Of a stretch of DNA of 28,273 nucleotides, positions 1 to 9,589 are shown piece by piece. Position 1 is the first letter of the stretch. The number at the start of each line of letters is the position of its first letter. The stretch comes from Patescibacteria group bacterium (GTDB lineage Bacteria; Patescibacteriota; Microgenomatia; UBA1400; MFAQ01), in contig DATDRC010000066.1 in the NCBI GenBank assembly GCA_035291985.1, positions 1-28,273 on the forward strand, in the 5' to 3' direction. A program made the position numbers and the translations under genes. Under the pieces are notes generated by a model. The model did not search any database, was not told the DNA's origin, and was given only the letters and a program-made list of their open reading frames with translations.

Positions 1-642
1 GGAGTGGTGGATGGTGAAGTGGTTGGCAAACCGCCTCTGCCGGTGGAAGTGCCCTACCAGATGGAAGATTTTTGGCGCTGGCTGGCCGGTATCGATAAGG
101 ATGAGATCCATCCGGTAATCAGAGCGGCGATTACCCACTACGAATTAGTGCGGATTCACCCCTTTATTGAGGGCAACGGCCGGGTGGCCCGCGCTTTCGC
201 CCTCCTGGTTCTGGCGGCGGAGGGGTATAACTTCAAACACTTTTTCAGCATCGAGGAATTTTTTGATAAAAATTTGGCGGGTTACTATGCCGCTTTAGCG
301 GGCGTCGAAAAAAACAATAATGATCTGACGGGCTGGATCGAGTTTTATGGCGAGGCTTTAGCGATCGAACTAACTAAGTTGAAGGAAAGGGTCAGGCGTC
401 TGTCGGTCGATATGGCGATCAAGACCAAGCTGGGGGGAAAGCAGATCGCCCTATCAGAGCGACAAGTGGCTCTGATGGAGGCCCTGGAAATGCGGGAGGT
501 GCTGACGATGGCGGACGCGAGAAGCGTTCTGCCAATGGTTTCCGATGACACAATACTGCGGGATTTAACCTCACTGACCGGTAAAAAATTGGTCAGGAAA
601 AAAGGGAAAACAAAAGGGGCGCGGTATATACTTCGTAAATAA
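1..642 (+). CDS. Fic-domain protein with C-terminal winged HTH (5'-partial; frame open from window start)
   Basis: Fic motif HPFIEGNGRVAR; C-terminal LSERQ...VSDDTILRDLTSL...KKGKTKGARY resembles a DeoR-like wHTH. Confidence 0.9.
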   Translation, partial: GVVDGEVVGKPPLPVEVPYQMEDFWRWLAGIDKDEIHPVIRAAITHYELVRIHPFIEGNGRVARAFALLVLAAEGYNFKHFFSIEEFFDKNLAGYYAALAGVEKNNNDLTGWIEFYGEALAIELTKLKERVRRLSVDMAIKTKLGGKQIALSERQVALMEALEMREVLTMADARSVLPMVSDDTILRDLTSLTGKKLVRKKGKTKGARYILRK

Positions 643-643
643 T

Positions 644-2365
644 ATGAGGTTTAAAGAATTCGCAGAACACCTAGAGAAACTGGAGAAGATATCTTCGCGG
701 CTGGAGATCACCGATGAAGTGGTCAGGCTGCTCACGAAACTTTCTACCGAAGAGGTGGCCGGTGCAATTTATATTCTGATGGGGCGCCTGGAGCCTACTT
801 ATACCGGTTTGGAGTTTAATCTTGGTTGGAAGATGCTCCTGCGATCAATCGGTGAACTTTCGGGCGAGGAGAAGGAAAAGGTACTGGCGGACTTTAAAAA
901 GAGGGGCGACGTTGGTGAGGTGATGATGGATTTGCCGGTGAAGGTGTTTAGCGACAAAAAATTATCGGTCAAAGAGGTTTACGAGCGGCTGGTCCTGATC
1001 GCTAAATACGCCGGAGGAGGAAGTCAGGAAAAAAAGGTAGCGGAGCTAGCGAAGTTACTGTCAGAACTTGATCAGTTGTCGGCGAAGTTTGTGGCGAGAA
1101 TAGTTTTGGGCCGCTTGCGGCTAGGGTTCTCCGACAAAACAATTTTGGATGCCCTTTCCGTAGCCGAGAGAGGTGACAAAAGCGCGCGCAAGAAACTGGA
1201 TGAAGCCTATCAGATCAGGCCGGATGCGGGGCATTTGGCGGCGGCGGTGCTTGCCAAAGGATTGGATAAGGCGCTGGCGCGTTTGGAGGTCGAAGTAGGA
1301 GTACCGGTGATGCCGGCCCTATGCCAGCGGTTAAACAGCGCGGTAGCGATTATTGAAAAAATGGGGGAGGTGGCGGCCGAACAAAAATTTGACGGGACGC
1401 GGGTTCAGATCCATTTCAGACGAAAGGGTTTTGGCGATGGCGCTACGGTGAAGACGTATACCCGTAATTTGGAAGAGAACAGTCAGATGTTTCCGGAGCT
1501 CTCACGGCTGGGTGAATGGGTCAAGGGAGACGAGGCGGTCTTTGATTCGGAGGCGGTAGGGATTGATATCAAAACCGGCCAGATCTTGCCTTTTCAGGTG
1601 ACCATCACCCGAAAAAGGAAACATGGGGTTAGCGAAACGGCGAAAGCGATTCCCTTACGGTTTTATCTCTTTGATATTTTGGCGAAAGACGGAAGAACGC
1701 TACTTGCCGAACCTTACTTCGAAAGACGAAAGGTCCTGGCAGAAACAATTAGGGAAAACAAGACGGTGGTGGTTGACGAGACGCACCGAACCAGTGATCC
1801 GGTTGAGTTTCATAAATGGCACGAAGAGTTTCTGGCCGAGGGGTTTGAGGGGGCGGTCAGCAAAAAGTGGGCCGGTCCTTACCTCCCCGGGCGGCAGGGG
1901 TGGAACTGGGTGAAGATCAAGGAAAAAGAAGGGAGTACCGGGAAGCTGGTGGATACCCTCGACCTGGTGGTGATGGGCTACTACCGCGGCCGGGGAAAAA
2001 GGACTGTTTTTGGTCTGGGAGCATTTTTGGTGGGGGTGGCCCAAGACGACAAGGTAGTGACGATCGCCAAGATCGGAACCGGGTTGTCAGACGACCAGTT
2101 TCGGGATTTGAAGAAAAGGCTGGATGGTTTGGTAGTTGCCGAAATGCCAAAGGAATATGAGGTGGACAAGGCGCTCGTCGCCGATGTCTGGGTGGAACCG
2201 AAAGTAGTGGTCGAAATTGCCGCCGATGAGATTACCAAAAGCCCGGTCCATAGCGCCGGGGTGGCGCTGCGGTTTCCTCGGTTAGTGAAGTTTCGCGATG
2301 ATAAAGATTTGGCCGGGGTGACAACGCTCGCCGAGGTGGAGGAAATAAGAAAACAGGTCGTGTAG
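644..2365 (+). CDS. lig: ATP-dependent DNA ligase (archaeal/eukaryotic type)
   Basis: Adenylation motif EQKFDGTR, FDSE, EGAVSK, WVKIK, DLVVMGYY and C-terminal LRFPRLVKFRDDK; 573 aa with N-terminal DNA-binding domain. Confidence 0.95.
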   Translation: MRFKEFAEHLEKLEKISSRLEITDEVVRLLTKLSTEEVAGAIYILMGRLEPTYTGLEFNLGWKMLLRSIGELSGEEKEKVLADFKKRGDVGEVMMDLPVKVFSDKKLSVKEVYERLVLIAKYAGGGSQEKKVAELAKLLSELDQLSAKFVARIVLGRLRLGFSDKTILDALSVAERGDKSARKKLDEAYQIRPDAGHLAAAVLAKGLDKALARLEVEVGVPVMPALCQRLNSAVAIIEKMGEVAAEQKFDGTRVQIHFRRKGFGDGATVKTYTRNLEENSQMFPELSRLGEWVKGDEAVFDSEAVGIDIKTGQILPFQVTITRKRKHGVSETAKAIPLRFYLFDILAKDGRTLLAEPYFERRKVLAETIRENKTVVVDETHRTSDPVEFHKWHEEFLAEGFEGAVSKKWAGPYLPGRQGWNWVKIKEKEGSTGKLVDTLDLVVMGYYRGRGKRTVFGLGAFLVGVAQDDKVVTIAKIGTGLSDDQFRDLKKRLDGLVVAEMPKEYEVDKALVADVWVEPKVVVEIAADEITKSPVHSAGVALRFPRLVKFRDDKDLAGVTTLAEVEEIRKQVV

Positions 2366-2375
2366 AATGATGCCT

Positions 2376-3035
2376 ATGGCAGAAATCCTAAAACAAGTTG
2401 CTGATTTATTTTTGAATATCGACCAGAACTTGGCGGCAATCGTAGCCAACTTTGGGGTGTGGTCTTATGCCCTTCTTTTTGCCGTTATTTTTTTGGAAAC
2501 CGGCATAGTGGTAACGCCGTTTTTGCCGGGGGACTCGTTGATTTTTGCGGCCGGGGCTTTGGCGGCCAGCGACGCTTTTTCAGTCTTGTGGCTGTTTATT
2601 TTGCTGGTGGGTGCGGCAGTCCTCGGGGATACGGTCAATTATTGGATCGGTCATGTCGTCGGCCCGAAGGTTTTTGAGGGCAACCACCGATTGTTGAAGA
2701 AGGAGTATCTCCATAAGGCGCAGGCCTTTTACGATAAACACGGTGGGGCGGCGATCGTCCTGGCCCGTTTCGTGCCGATCGTGCGGACATTTGCCCCTTT
2801 CGTCGCCGGGGTTGGCAAGATGAACTATTCCCAATTCGTCTATTACAACATTATGGGCGGCGCTTTTTGGGTGACGCTGTTTCTTTTTAGCGGCTACTTT
2901 TTCGGCAACCTGCCCTGGGTGAAGCATAACTTTGAGTATCTGATTATCGCCATCGTCCTGATTTCAGTGGTGCCGATGGTGATCGAAGTCTACAAGGCAA
3001 AGACGGATAAGCATCACTACGACAAGAGCAAGTGA
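2376..3035 (+). CDS. dedA: DedA/VTT family membrane protein
   Basis: FLETG...PFLPGDSL and ARFVPIVRTFAPFVAG motifs; ATG 2376 chosen because it lies 7 nt after TAGAAT (2363-2368); alternative starts 2367/2370. Confidence 0.92.
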   Translation: MAEILKQVADLFLNIDQNLAAIVANFGVWSYALLFAVIFLETGIVVTPFLPGDSLIFAAGALAASDAFSVLWLFILLVGAAVLGDTVNYWIGHVVGPKVFEGNHRLLKKEYLHKAQAFYDKHGGAAIVLARFVPIVRTFAPFVAGVGKMNYSQFVYYNIMGGAFWVTLFLFSGYFFGNLPWVKHNFEYLIIAIVLISVVPMVIEVYKAKTDKHHYDKSK

Positions 3036-3061
3036 CACTTGACGGTAGTGTCACGTATGAT
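3032..3061 (+). promoter_or_regulatory. Putative promoter (GTGACA-N18-TATGAT) overlapped by a perfect 8-bp inverted repeat
   Basis: GTGACACT(3032-3039)-TGACGGT-AGTGTCAC(3047-3054); TATGAT 3056-3061 is 6 nt before ATG 3068. Confidence 0.5.
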
Positions 3062-3067
3062 TAATCC

Positions 3068-5644
3068 ATGGAGTGGAGAAAGGGTTTGTCAGAAGAAGAA
3101 GCAAGCAAGAGACTTTCGGTCTACGGTCGGAATGAGGTGAGGCTGGATGAAGGGCGGGTTTGGGTCAGAATTCTTTTTGGTCAAGTGAAATCGCCTCTGG
3201 TCTATGTTCTCTTGATTGCCAGTGGGGTTTCTTTGCTTCTTGGCGATGTGATTGATGCCGGAGTAATTTTTTTGGCGGTTCTGATCAACACCGTTTTCGG
3301 CTTTTTCCAGGAGTACCGGGCGGAAAAATCGATGGAGGCCCTCTCCAAACTGTTAACTCCCAGGGCAAGAGTCAAACGGGGCGATGAGTGGGAGGAGGTC
3401 GAGGCGACCCTATTGGTCCCCGGCGATGTGGTGAAACTGACGATTGGTTGGAAAGTGCCGGCGGACGGCCTGTTAATTGTCGAGGAGGATATGTACCTCA
3501 ACGAAGCGATTTTAACCGGGGAAAGTATGCCGGTAGTCAAGAAAACCTGGAAAGCCGAGGAAGGGTTTGAGTTGGGCAACGGCTTCTTTGACGGGATAGC
3601 CGGCGACTATAAAGGGCTTACCGGGACGGTGGTGGAAAAAGGGGTGGGGGAGATGTTGGTGGTGCGAACCGGATCGAGGACAAAGATGGGGGGGATCGCC
3701 AAGGTGGTGCGGGAAAGAGGGATTGGTCGGACGCCGTTGCAGAAGCGGCTTGATCGGTTGACGGGGCAACTGACGCTGGTTGTCTCGGTGGTGGCGGGGG
3801 GGGTCTTTATTTACGGTGTCATGACGGGAAATTCTTTCTTAACTTTTTTGAATACGTCGGTCGCTTTGGCGGTGGCGGCGATACCCGAAGGACTGGTGGT
3901 CGGGCTGACGGTTATTTTGGCGGTGGGGATGAAGCGGATTTTGAAAAGAAAAGCCATTGTCAGGGGACTGATGGCGGCGGAAACGCTGGGGAGTGTGTCA
4001 GTAATTTGTTTGGATAAAACCGGAACGATCACCGAGGGAAAAATGGCGGCGGTGGGGGCGGTGACCGATATAGGTGAAGGGACCGATGAGCAGATTGCGG
4101 ATGAGGGTAAGCATGATGAGGAGACGATGAGGTGGCTGATCGAGGGAGCGTTCTGGTGTAATGACCAGCGCGATCCGTTGGAGATTTCGATGCGGGACTG
4201 GGCGGTGCTCCGGCTGGAAAAAAGGTTAGGTAAGGACGCCATCTCGCGGTTTGTTCGAAAGAGTGAATTGCCTTTTGCTCATGAAACAAAATATATTGCC
4301 ACGAGACATGAAGTAAATAACAAAGTGGTTGATTTTGTCAGTGGGGCACCGGAGATTGTTTTGGAAAGATGTAGTTTTAAAGACGAAAAAATAAGAAAAA
4401 AGTGGGGAGAGAGATTTGTCGAGGTGGGGATTACCGGTTATCGGATGGTGGCAGTAGCGATGAGAAAAAGAGAGGCCGGGTTGGTCGGGAAAAAGATTGA
4501 ACAAACCGATATTGACGGACTGACATGGCTGGGACTGGTGCTCTTTAGCGATCCGCTTCGGGGCGGGGTGGCGGAATCGCTCTCGCGGGCGATGGAAGCG
4601 GGGATCAAGTTAAAGGTAATCACGGGCGATTATAAAGAGACCAGTTGGGCGGCGGTCCGACAGGTAGGGTTGGTGGAAGGCCATGAGGTAAAGCCCGATC
4701 TGGTGATGTTGGGGGAAGACTTTGACAAACTTTCGGGAGAAGAAAAGAAACAGAAAATTTTAAATTCGGTCTTGTTTGCGAGAACGTCGCCGGAGCAGAA
4801 ATACGAGATCGTCGAAACTCTGCAGGCAAACGGGGAGACGGTGGCGATGATGGGTGACGGGGTGAATGATGTTCCGGCCTTGAAAAAAGCCGATATCGGC
4901 ATCGTCGTCGAGGACGCCAGCGATCTGGCCCGTGAGGTGGCCGACCTGATCCTGCTGGACAACAACTTCGACACAATCTTGGCGGCGGTTGAAGAAGGCC
5001 GGGGGATGTTTGATAACTTGCGGAAAGTAATTCTTTTTCTATTATCCGATTCTTTTGCGGCGATAGTGGTGATAGTGGCCTCGATTTATTGGGGATGGCC
5101 CTTGCCGCTACTGGCTTCACAAATCCTGTGGATTAATTTGATCAGCGATGGATTTCCGTATATGGCCCTGACGGTGGAGCCAAAAGAAAAAGACTTGCTG
5201 GCGCGGAAACCAATAGCCCGAAACGCGCCGCTGATGGAGTGGAAAAGGGTCGCTTTGGTGGGAGTGATTTCGGTAACGGCGGGAGGACTGGCCCTGGCGG
5301 TATTTGGGTTCACATTTTTCTATCTTCATAAAGACATTGTCTTTTCGCGGACGATGGCTTTCGCGATGCAGGGGATTTCCTCGCTCGTTTATGTTTTTTC
5401 CAGCCGCTCGCTCTCCCGCCCGATTTGGAAGGATAATCTTTTGAAGAACCCATTTTTGAACTTGGGAGTTTTGGGTGGGTTAGCGCTCCAGGCGACGGCG
5501 ATCTACTGGCCGCCCTTGCAGGGGATATTCAGTACGGTGGCGATTTCGCTTGGCGACTGGCTGTGGTTATTCGGCGGCGGTTTGTTATTGATCGTCGTGG
5601 TTGAGACGATCAAGGCGGCTTACTTTCGAAACGGGTATAGTTAA
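3068..5644 (+). CDS. Cation-transporting P-type ATPase, type IIA (Ca2+-like)
   Basis: TGES, IPEGL, DKTGT phosphorylation site, TGD, MMGDGVNDVPAL, INLISDGFP. Confidence 0.93.
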   Translation: MEWRKGLSEEEASKRLSVYGRNEVRLDEGRVWVRILFGQVKSPLVYVLLIASGVSLLLGDVIDAGVIFLAVLINTVFGFFQEYRAEKSMEALSKLLTPRARVKRGDEWEEVEATLLVPGDVVKLTIGWKVPADGLLIVEEDMYLNEAILTGESMPVVKKTWKAEEGFELGNGFFDGIAGDYKGLTGTVVEKGVGEMLVVRTGSRTKMGGIAKVVRERGIGRTPLQKRLDRLTGQLTLVVSVVAGGVFIYGVMTGNSFLTFLNTSVALAVAAIPEGLVVGLTVILAVGMKRILKRKAIVRGLMAAETLGSVSVICLDKTGTITEGKMAAVGAVTDIGEGTDEQIADEGKHDEETMRWLIEGAFWCNDQRDPLEISMRDWAVLRLEKRLGKDAISRFVRKSELPFAHETKYIATRHEVNNKVVDFVSGAPEIVLERCSFKDEKIRKKWGERFVEVGITGYRMVAVAMRKREAGLVGKKIEQTDIDGLTWLGLVLFSDPLRGGVAESLSRAMEAGIKLKVITGDYKETSWAAVRQVGLVEGHEVKPDLVMLGEDFDKLSGEEKKQKILNSVLFARTSPEQKYEIVETLQANGETVAMMGDGVNDVPALKKADIGIVVEDASDLAREVADLILLDNNFDTILAAVEEGRGMFDNLRKVILFLLSDSFAAIVVIVASIYWGWPLPLLASQILWINLISDGFPYMALTVEPKEKDLLARKPIARNAPLMEWKRVALVGVISVTAGGLALAVFGFTFFYLHKDIVFSRTMAFAMQGISSLVYVFSSRSLSRPIWKDNLLKNPFLNLGVLGGLALQATAIYWPPLQGIFSTVAISLGDWLWLFGGGLLLIVVVETIKAAYFRNGYS

Positions 5645-5647
5645 GGT

Positions 5648-6628
5648 ATGTCGGTGAAGTTTTTGGCCTTGATCCTCCTTTTTGTCTTGTTGGCAATGGG
5701 AGTGAGATTGGTAATTCGGGCTTTTGACAGATTGGTTTTGGGTTTTTCGAATCGGGGAAAACTAGCGGTAGCGGCGATAGTGGTGGCGTTATCGACTTCT
5801 TTGCCGGAATTGTTTATCGCGGTGGCATCCGGATTGGCCGGGCGACCGGAGATTTCTCTGGCAAACTTACTGGGGGCAAATGTCGTCAACTTGAGCCTAG
5901 TGGTGGGCGGGGCGACGCTGGTCGCGGGATCGTTACCGATTGTGGGGGATTACTGGCGTTGGGAATTGGCGGCGATGTTTTTTGCCGGGATAGCGCCGAT
6001 CCTTCTGTTGATGGATGGGAGCTTGTCGCGTTTGGATGGTTTCATTTTGGTAGTGATCTATTTGGTCTACCTGGAAAGGGTGGTGATTGACGGCAAGAAA
6101 AAAAGCATAGCTGGGGCGGGTGTGGCGCACAAGAGAGGCCTGTTGACCCGCGTCAAAGAGTGGCATCGGGAAAAGAAAGACGGGTCGATCCTGGTATTGT
6201 TTCTGGGAATTGCGGTGATGATGTTTTCGGCGGGACTGATCGTTAAATTGACGGCCCAAATGGCGCCGGCCCTGGGGATCTCGACCGTGGTTTTCGGGCT
6301 GTTGATGGTATCTCTGGGGACGACCTTACCGGAACTGACCCTGGCGCTGGGGGCGGCGGCAAAGAAAGAAGTGGCTTTGATCATGGGCAATCTTTTTGGC
6401 AGTATCGTCACCAACGCCACCCTGATCGTCGGCCTGCTGGCCCTGATTTCTCCTTTTGAAACCGAGAGGATGGCCAATTACTCATTGGTGAACATGGCCT
6501 TTGTCGTTGTCTTTGGTTTGTTCTGGCTTTTCACTTCGACAAAGCGGAGACTTGATCGTTTCGAGGGGGTAATTTTGATGGGCGTCTTTCTCGTCTTTGC
6601 CGGATTGGAACTAATGCTGGCTGTCTGA
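5648..6628 (+). CDS. Sodium:calcium antiporter (CaCA/YrbG family)
   Basis: Two alpha repeats STSLPEL...GANVVNL and GTTLPEL...GSIVTNA; about 10 hydrophobic segments. Confidence 0.88.
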   Translation: MSVKFLALILLFVLLAMGVRLVIRAFDRLVLGFSNRGKLAVAAIVVALSTSLPELFIAVASGLAGRPEISLANLLGANVVNLSLVVGGATLVAGSLPIVGDYWRWELAAMFFAGIAPILLLMDGSLSRLDGFILVVIYLVYLERVVIDGKKKSIAGAGVAHKRGLLTRVKEWHREKKDGSILVLFLGIAVMMFSAGLIVKLTAQMAPALGISTVVFGLLMVSLGTTLPELTLALGAAAKKEVALIMGNLFGSIVTNATLIVGLLALISPFETERMANYSLVNMAFVVVFGLFWLFTSTKRRLDRFEGVILMGVFLVFAGLELMLAV

Positions 6629-7486
6629 TTCTTCAGCGGCAAAGAGGAAGGAGCGGGCCAAGGCAGTCAGGCGATCCTTTTGTTCCTGGAATTTGATTTT
6701 GGTGCGGAGGTCAGCAAAGAAACTTTGACGCAGTGCTTCAGTTTCGTAGAAGTTGCCGCCGTTCATGGGATAAAGAGAGGCGGCTTTCTTTTTTGGCAGT
6801 GCCAGGTCCAAGAGTCGGTAGATTTCGGTGACGGCGTAGCGGCTGATGGCATTAAAGGTTCCCAATTTTCGGACGCGACGAAGAGAGTAGCTATAGGTGG
6901 GGTCTTTGAAAACAGCAAAAGTCATTTTTTTGGCAATGGCTCTTTTGAGTAGACGGGCGCCTTCGTAGGGAGAGCGGTCAAAACCTTTTAGTTTTAGAAA
7001 CTTAGTCCGGTTGGCACCAAAAGCGGCTTCGATACCGAAGGGGGAGGGGGTATTTTTCTGGCTTTCCATATAGAGATTGATTAAGGTATCGGCGGCCTGC
7101 GGGGCGAGACTGTTTTCTTCGGCCTTGACCCAGGTGGTGAAGAAGTCAGCCTTTGATTGTTCCTGGCGGTATTTGAGCCCCAGGAGAAAGTGGGGCGCAA
7201 TTCGGTTATCGGCGTCGAGAAAGAGCAGGGTCTCGGCCTGGGCTTCTCCGGCGCCCAAATTTCTTTGTCGGCAGACGTCGCGGACAGGGCTAGTAACGAT
7301 TTTGAAAAGGGGTAGACGGTGGGCGAAGAGGTTCGCCTTGGCCACGGTTCGGTCAGCGGAATGACCGTCGACAATGATAACCTCGAAGTCGCGGTAAGTT
7401 TGCCGGGAAAGGTCGGTCAGAAGGGTGGGAAGGTATTTTTCCTCGTTGAGGGTGGGAATGATGATGGAAAGCGCGGGGGTGGTCAT
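6611..7486 (-). CDS. Glycosyltransferase family 2
   Basis: SIIIPTLNEE, IIVDGHSAD, RNLGA and FLDAD (DxD) motifs. Confidence 0.9.
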   Translation of the reverse strand: MTTPALSIIIPTLNEEKYLPTLLTDLSRQTYRDFEVIIVDGHSADRTVAKANLFAHRLPLFKIVTSPVRDVCRQRNLGAGEAQAETLLFLDADNRIAPHFLLGLKYRQEQSKADFFTTWVKAEENSLAPQAADTLINLYMESQKNTPSPFGIEAAFGANRTKFLKLKGFDRSPYEGARLLKRAIAKKMTFAVFKDPTYSYSLRRVRKLGTFNAISRYAVTEIYRLLDLALPKKKAASLYPMNGGNFYETEALRQSFFADLRTKIKFQEQKDRLTALARSFLFAAEESDSQH

Positions 7487-7541
7487 GTCTGGGCATGAAT
7501 TATACCGTAGAAGCCAAGACGGATGCGTTAGAATAGAGAAG

Positions 7542-8051
7542 ATGAAACTCCTAGTGGGCTTGGGGAATCCGGGAGAAGCGCATGTCGGTAACCGACATAA
7601 CGTGGGTTTTATGGTGGTTGATCGGTTAGCGGGCGAGGGCGCGGAGTGGGAGCCAAAGTTTGAGGCGCTGATACTAAAAGCGAAGGACTATTTGTTGGTG
7701 AAGCCGCAGATGTTTATGAACCGGTCGGGTGAGGTAGTCGCAAAGATCGCTAATTTTTACAAGGTTACGATTGACGACCTGGTGGTGATCCACGATGATC
7801 TGGATATCAGATTGGGGGAGTACAAAATCCAAAAGGGGGTCGGCCCGAAGGTCCATAACGGCCTGACTTCGGTCGAGGAACAGCTGGGAACGGCCAATTT
7901 TTGGCGGCTGAGGGTGGGGGTGGATAACCGGTTGCCGGGGCAGGCGCGGGTACCGGGAGACGAGTACGTTCTGTCTGATTTTACGGCGGAGGAAAAAGAA
8001 ATCAGCGATGGGGTGATGGGGGAAGCGGTTAAAGAATTAGAAAGAAGATGA
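7542..8051 (+). CDS. pth: Peptidyl-tRNA hydrolase
   Basis: MKLLVGLGNPG, RHNVGF, KPQMFMNRSG, IHDDLD, HNGL, RLRVGV; true start ATG 7542, the 39 upstream codons of the ORF call overlap the divergent GT2. Confidence 0.96.
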   Translation: MKLLVGLGNPGEAHVGNRHNVGFMVVDRLAGEGAEWEPKFEALILKAKDYLLVKPQMFMNRSGEVVAKIANFYKVTIDDLVVIHDDLDIRLGEYKIQKGVGPKVHNGLTSVEEQLGTANFWRLRVGVDNRLPGQARVPGDEYVLSDFTAEEKEISDGVMGEAVKELERR

Positions 8052-9262
8052 TTTTGGAGCACTACTGGCAGAGGCAGGCCGTTCATCAGGTGGTCAAGAT
8101 TTCGGGGGTGAGAGCGCTCTATTTAAATAACCTGTTGCGGGGGATAGCGGGGTCGATGGTGGCGATCTTTTTCCCAGCTTATGTTTTTCTCTGGGGGTAT
8201 GAGAATGGTGGTTTGGCAATGGGTTTGCGGGTATTGATTTTATCCCTGGTTATTGAGAGGGGTTTGGTCTTCCTCTTGGCTGGGCCCCTGGGGCGCTTGG
8301 TCAAGCGGATTGGTTTCAAAATGTCGATCTTGTTATCCTCTCTGCTTTTGTCAGTGTGGTTTATTTTGCCGGCGATTTTTCCCCGGAGCCTAGTACTGAT
8401 TATTGTTTTGTCGGTCGTGGCGGCCTTTTTGATTCCGGTCTATTGGTTGGCGAGGCTGTCGATCCTGTCTCTGGATGGAGATAAGGACCGCTATGGCGGG
8501 GAGGTCAGTTTTCTGGCCCTGCTGGATCAGGCGTCTTCGATTTTGGGGCCGTTTGTCGGAGGGGTGTTGGTGGCGACTTCGGGCTTCGGTCTGCTTTTTG
8601 GGGTGGCGACTTTTATCTGTCTGCTGTCAGCGATACCGATCTTTTTCGTCGGAGATTATCAGATTAAAGATGGGATAAGTCTGAAGCATTTTGAAAAGTG
8701 GATGGAGAACAAGAAGGAACGGCATCTCCATTGGTCGTTTATCGGCCAGGGCTTGGCGAACATGGTCGATGCCAACTTTTGGCCGCTGTATGTTTACCTG
8801 ATTGTCGGTAGTTTCGCTGTTCTAGGGGCCCTAACCTCGATTACTTTCGCCCTAGCGGCGGTAGCAATTTATTTGGCCGGCAGGGTGTTTGATAAAAAAC
8901 GGGCGCTTGGCGGAGTCGAGGATGAGAAAGAATACACCCTGGCCACCATCTTTTTGGGATTATTGACACTATTGCGGCCACTGATTGGCAGTGTCCTGGG
9001 ATTACTCTCTTTTGATGCTGTTTTCCGGATGAGCCTGCCGTTTTGGGGGGTTGATTATGACGCTTATCTCTATACGGCCGGTAAACGGGCGAGAAGCGTT
9101 TTGGAATTTTTTACCTATCGCGAAGTGCTTTATTCACTCTCGCGGGTGGTGGGGACGATGATCCTCCTGCTTTTTGTCGGGTCAAACTATTTTTGGTGGG
9201 TGGTTTTTGGGCTGGGAAGCATTGGTACCTGGCTGACCCTGGGAATGCAGAAAGAGAGTTAG
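8048..9262 (+). CDS. MFS transporter
   Basis: About 12 hydrophobic segments in two halves; GRLVKRIGFK loop motif, ILGPFVGGVL, GRVFDK. Confidence 0.8.
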   Translation: MILEHYWQRQAVHQVVKISGVRALYLNNLLRGIAGSMVAIFFPAYVFLWGYENGGLAMGLRVLILSLVIERGLVFLLAGPLGRLVKRIGFKMSILLSSLLLSVWFILPAIFPRSLVLIIVLSVVAAFLIPVYWLARLSILSLDGDKDRYGGEVSFLALLDQASSILGPFVGGVLVATSGFGLLFGVATFICLLSAIPIFFVGDYQIKDGISLKHFEKWMENKKERHLHWSFIGQGLANMVDANFWPLYVYLIVGSFAVLGALTSITFALAAVAIYLAGRVFDKKRALGGVEDEKEYTLATIFLGLLTLLRPLIGSVLGLLSFDAVFRMSLPFWGVDYDAYLYTAGKRARSVLEFFTYREVLYSLSRVVGTMILLLFVGSNYFWWVVFGLGSIGTWLTLGMQKES

Positions 9263-9272
9263 AATACATGAC

Positions 9273-9563
9273 ATGTCTGGATTTAACCCAATAAGCAAGA
9301 TTCTGGATAAGTACCAAGTCGATCCCGATAAGCAACGGCGGATCAGCCGCGAGTGGCAGGACTATGCCTATCGGTTGGCCTTGGAACTGGACGATAAAGC
9401 CCATACCAGTTTGTATATGCGGCTTTGTAAAAATACACCCCGACCGATTCTTGAGGAGGCAAGGGTCTTTGTCAAAGGAGCGACAACGGTAAAAAGTAGA
9501 GGGCGACTGTTTATGTGGAAGGTAAAAGAACTAAAAACATCTGATATGATGGGTGAGTCATGA
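9273..9563 (+). CDS. Hypothetical small basic/helical protein
   Basis: 96-aa ORF filling the gap between MFS and queA; TAGAAT 7 nt upstream of the ATG. Confidence 0.75.
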   Translation: MSGFNPISKILDKYQVDPDKQRRISREWQDYAYRLALELDDKAHTSLYMRLCKNTPRPILEEARVFVKGATTVKSRGRLFMWKVKELKTSDMMGES

Positions 9564-9589
9564 AAACGCGTATTAATCCGGAAAGATAG

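Noticed and set aside
7425-7541. N-terminal extensions in ORF-track calls (pth 7425, tgt 11858, 14576, csoR 15595, tyrS 23950)
   Set aside because: Family homology starts downstream, the extensions overlap neighbouring genes or promoters, and in most cases a -10 element sits just before the shorter start.
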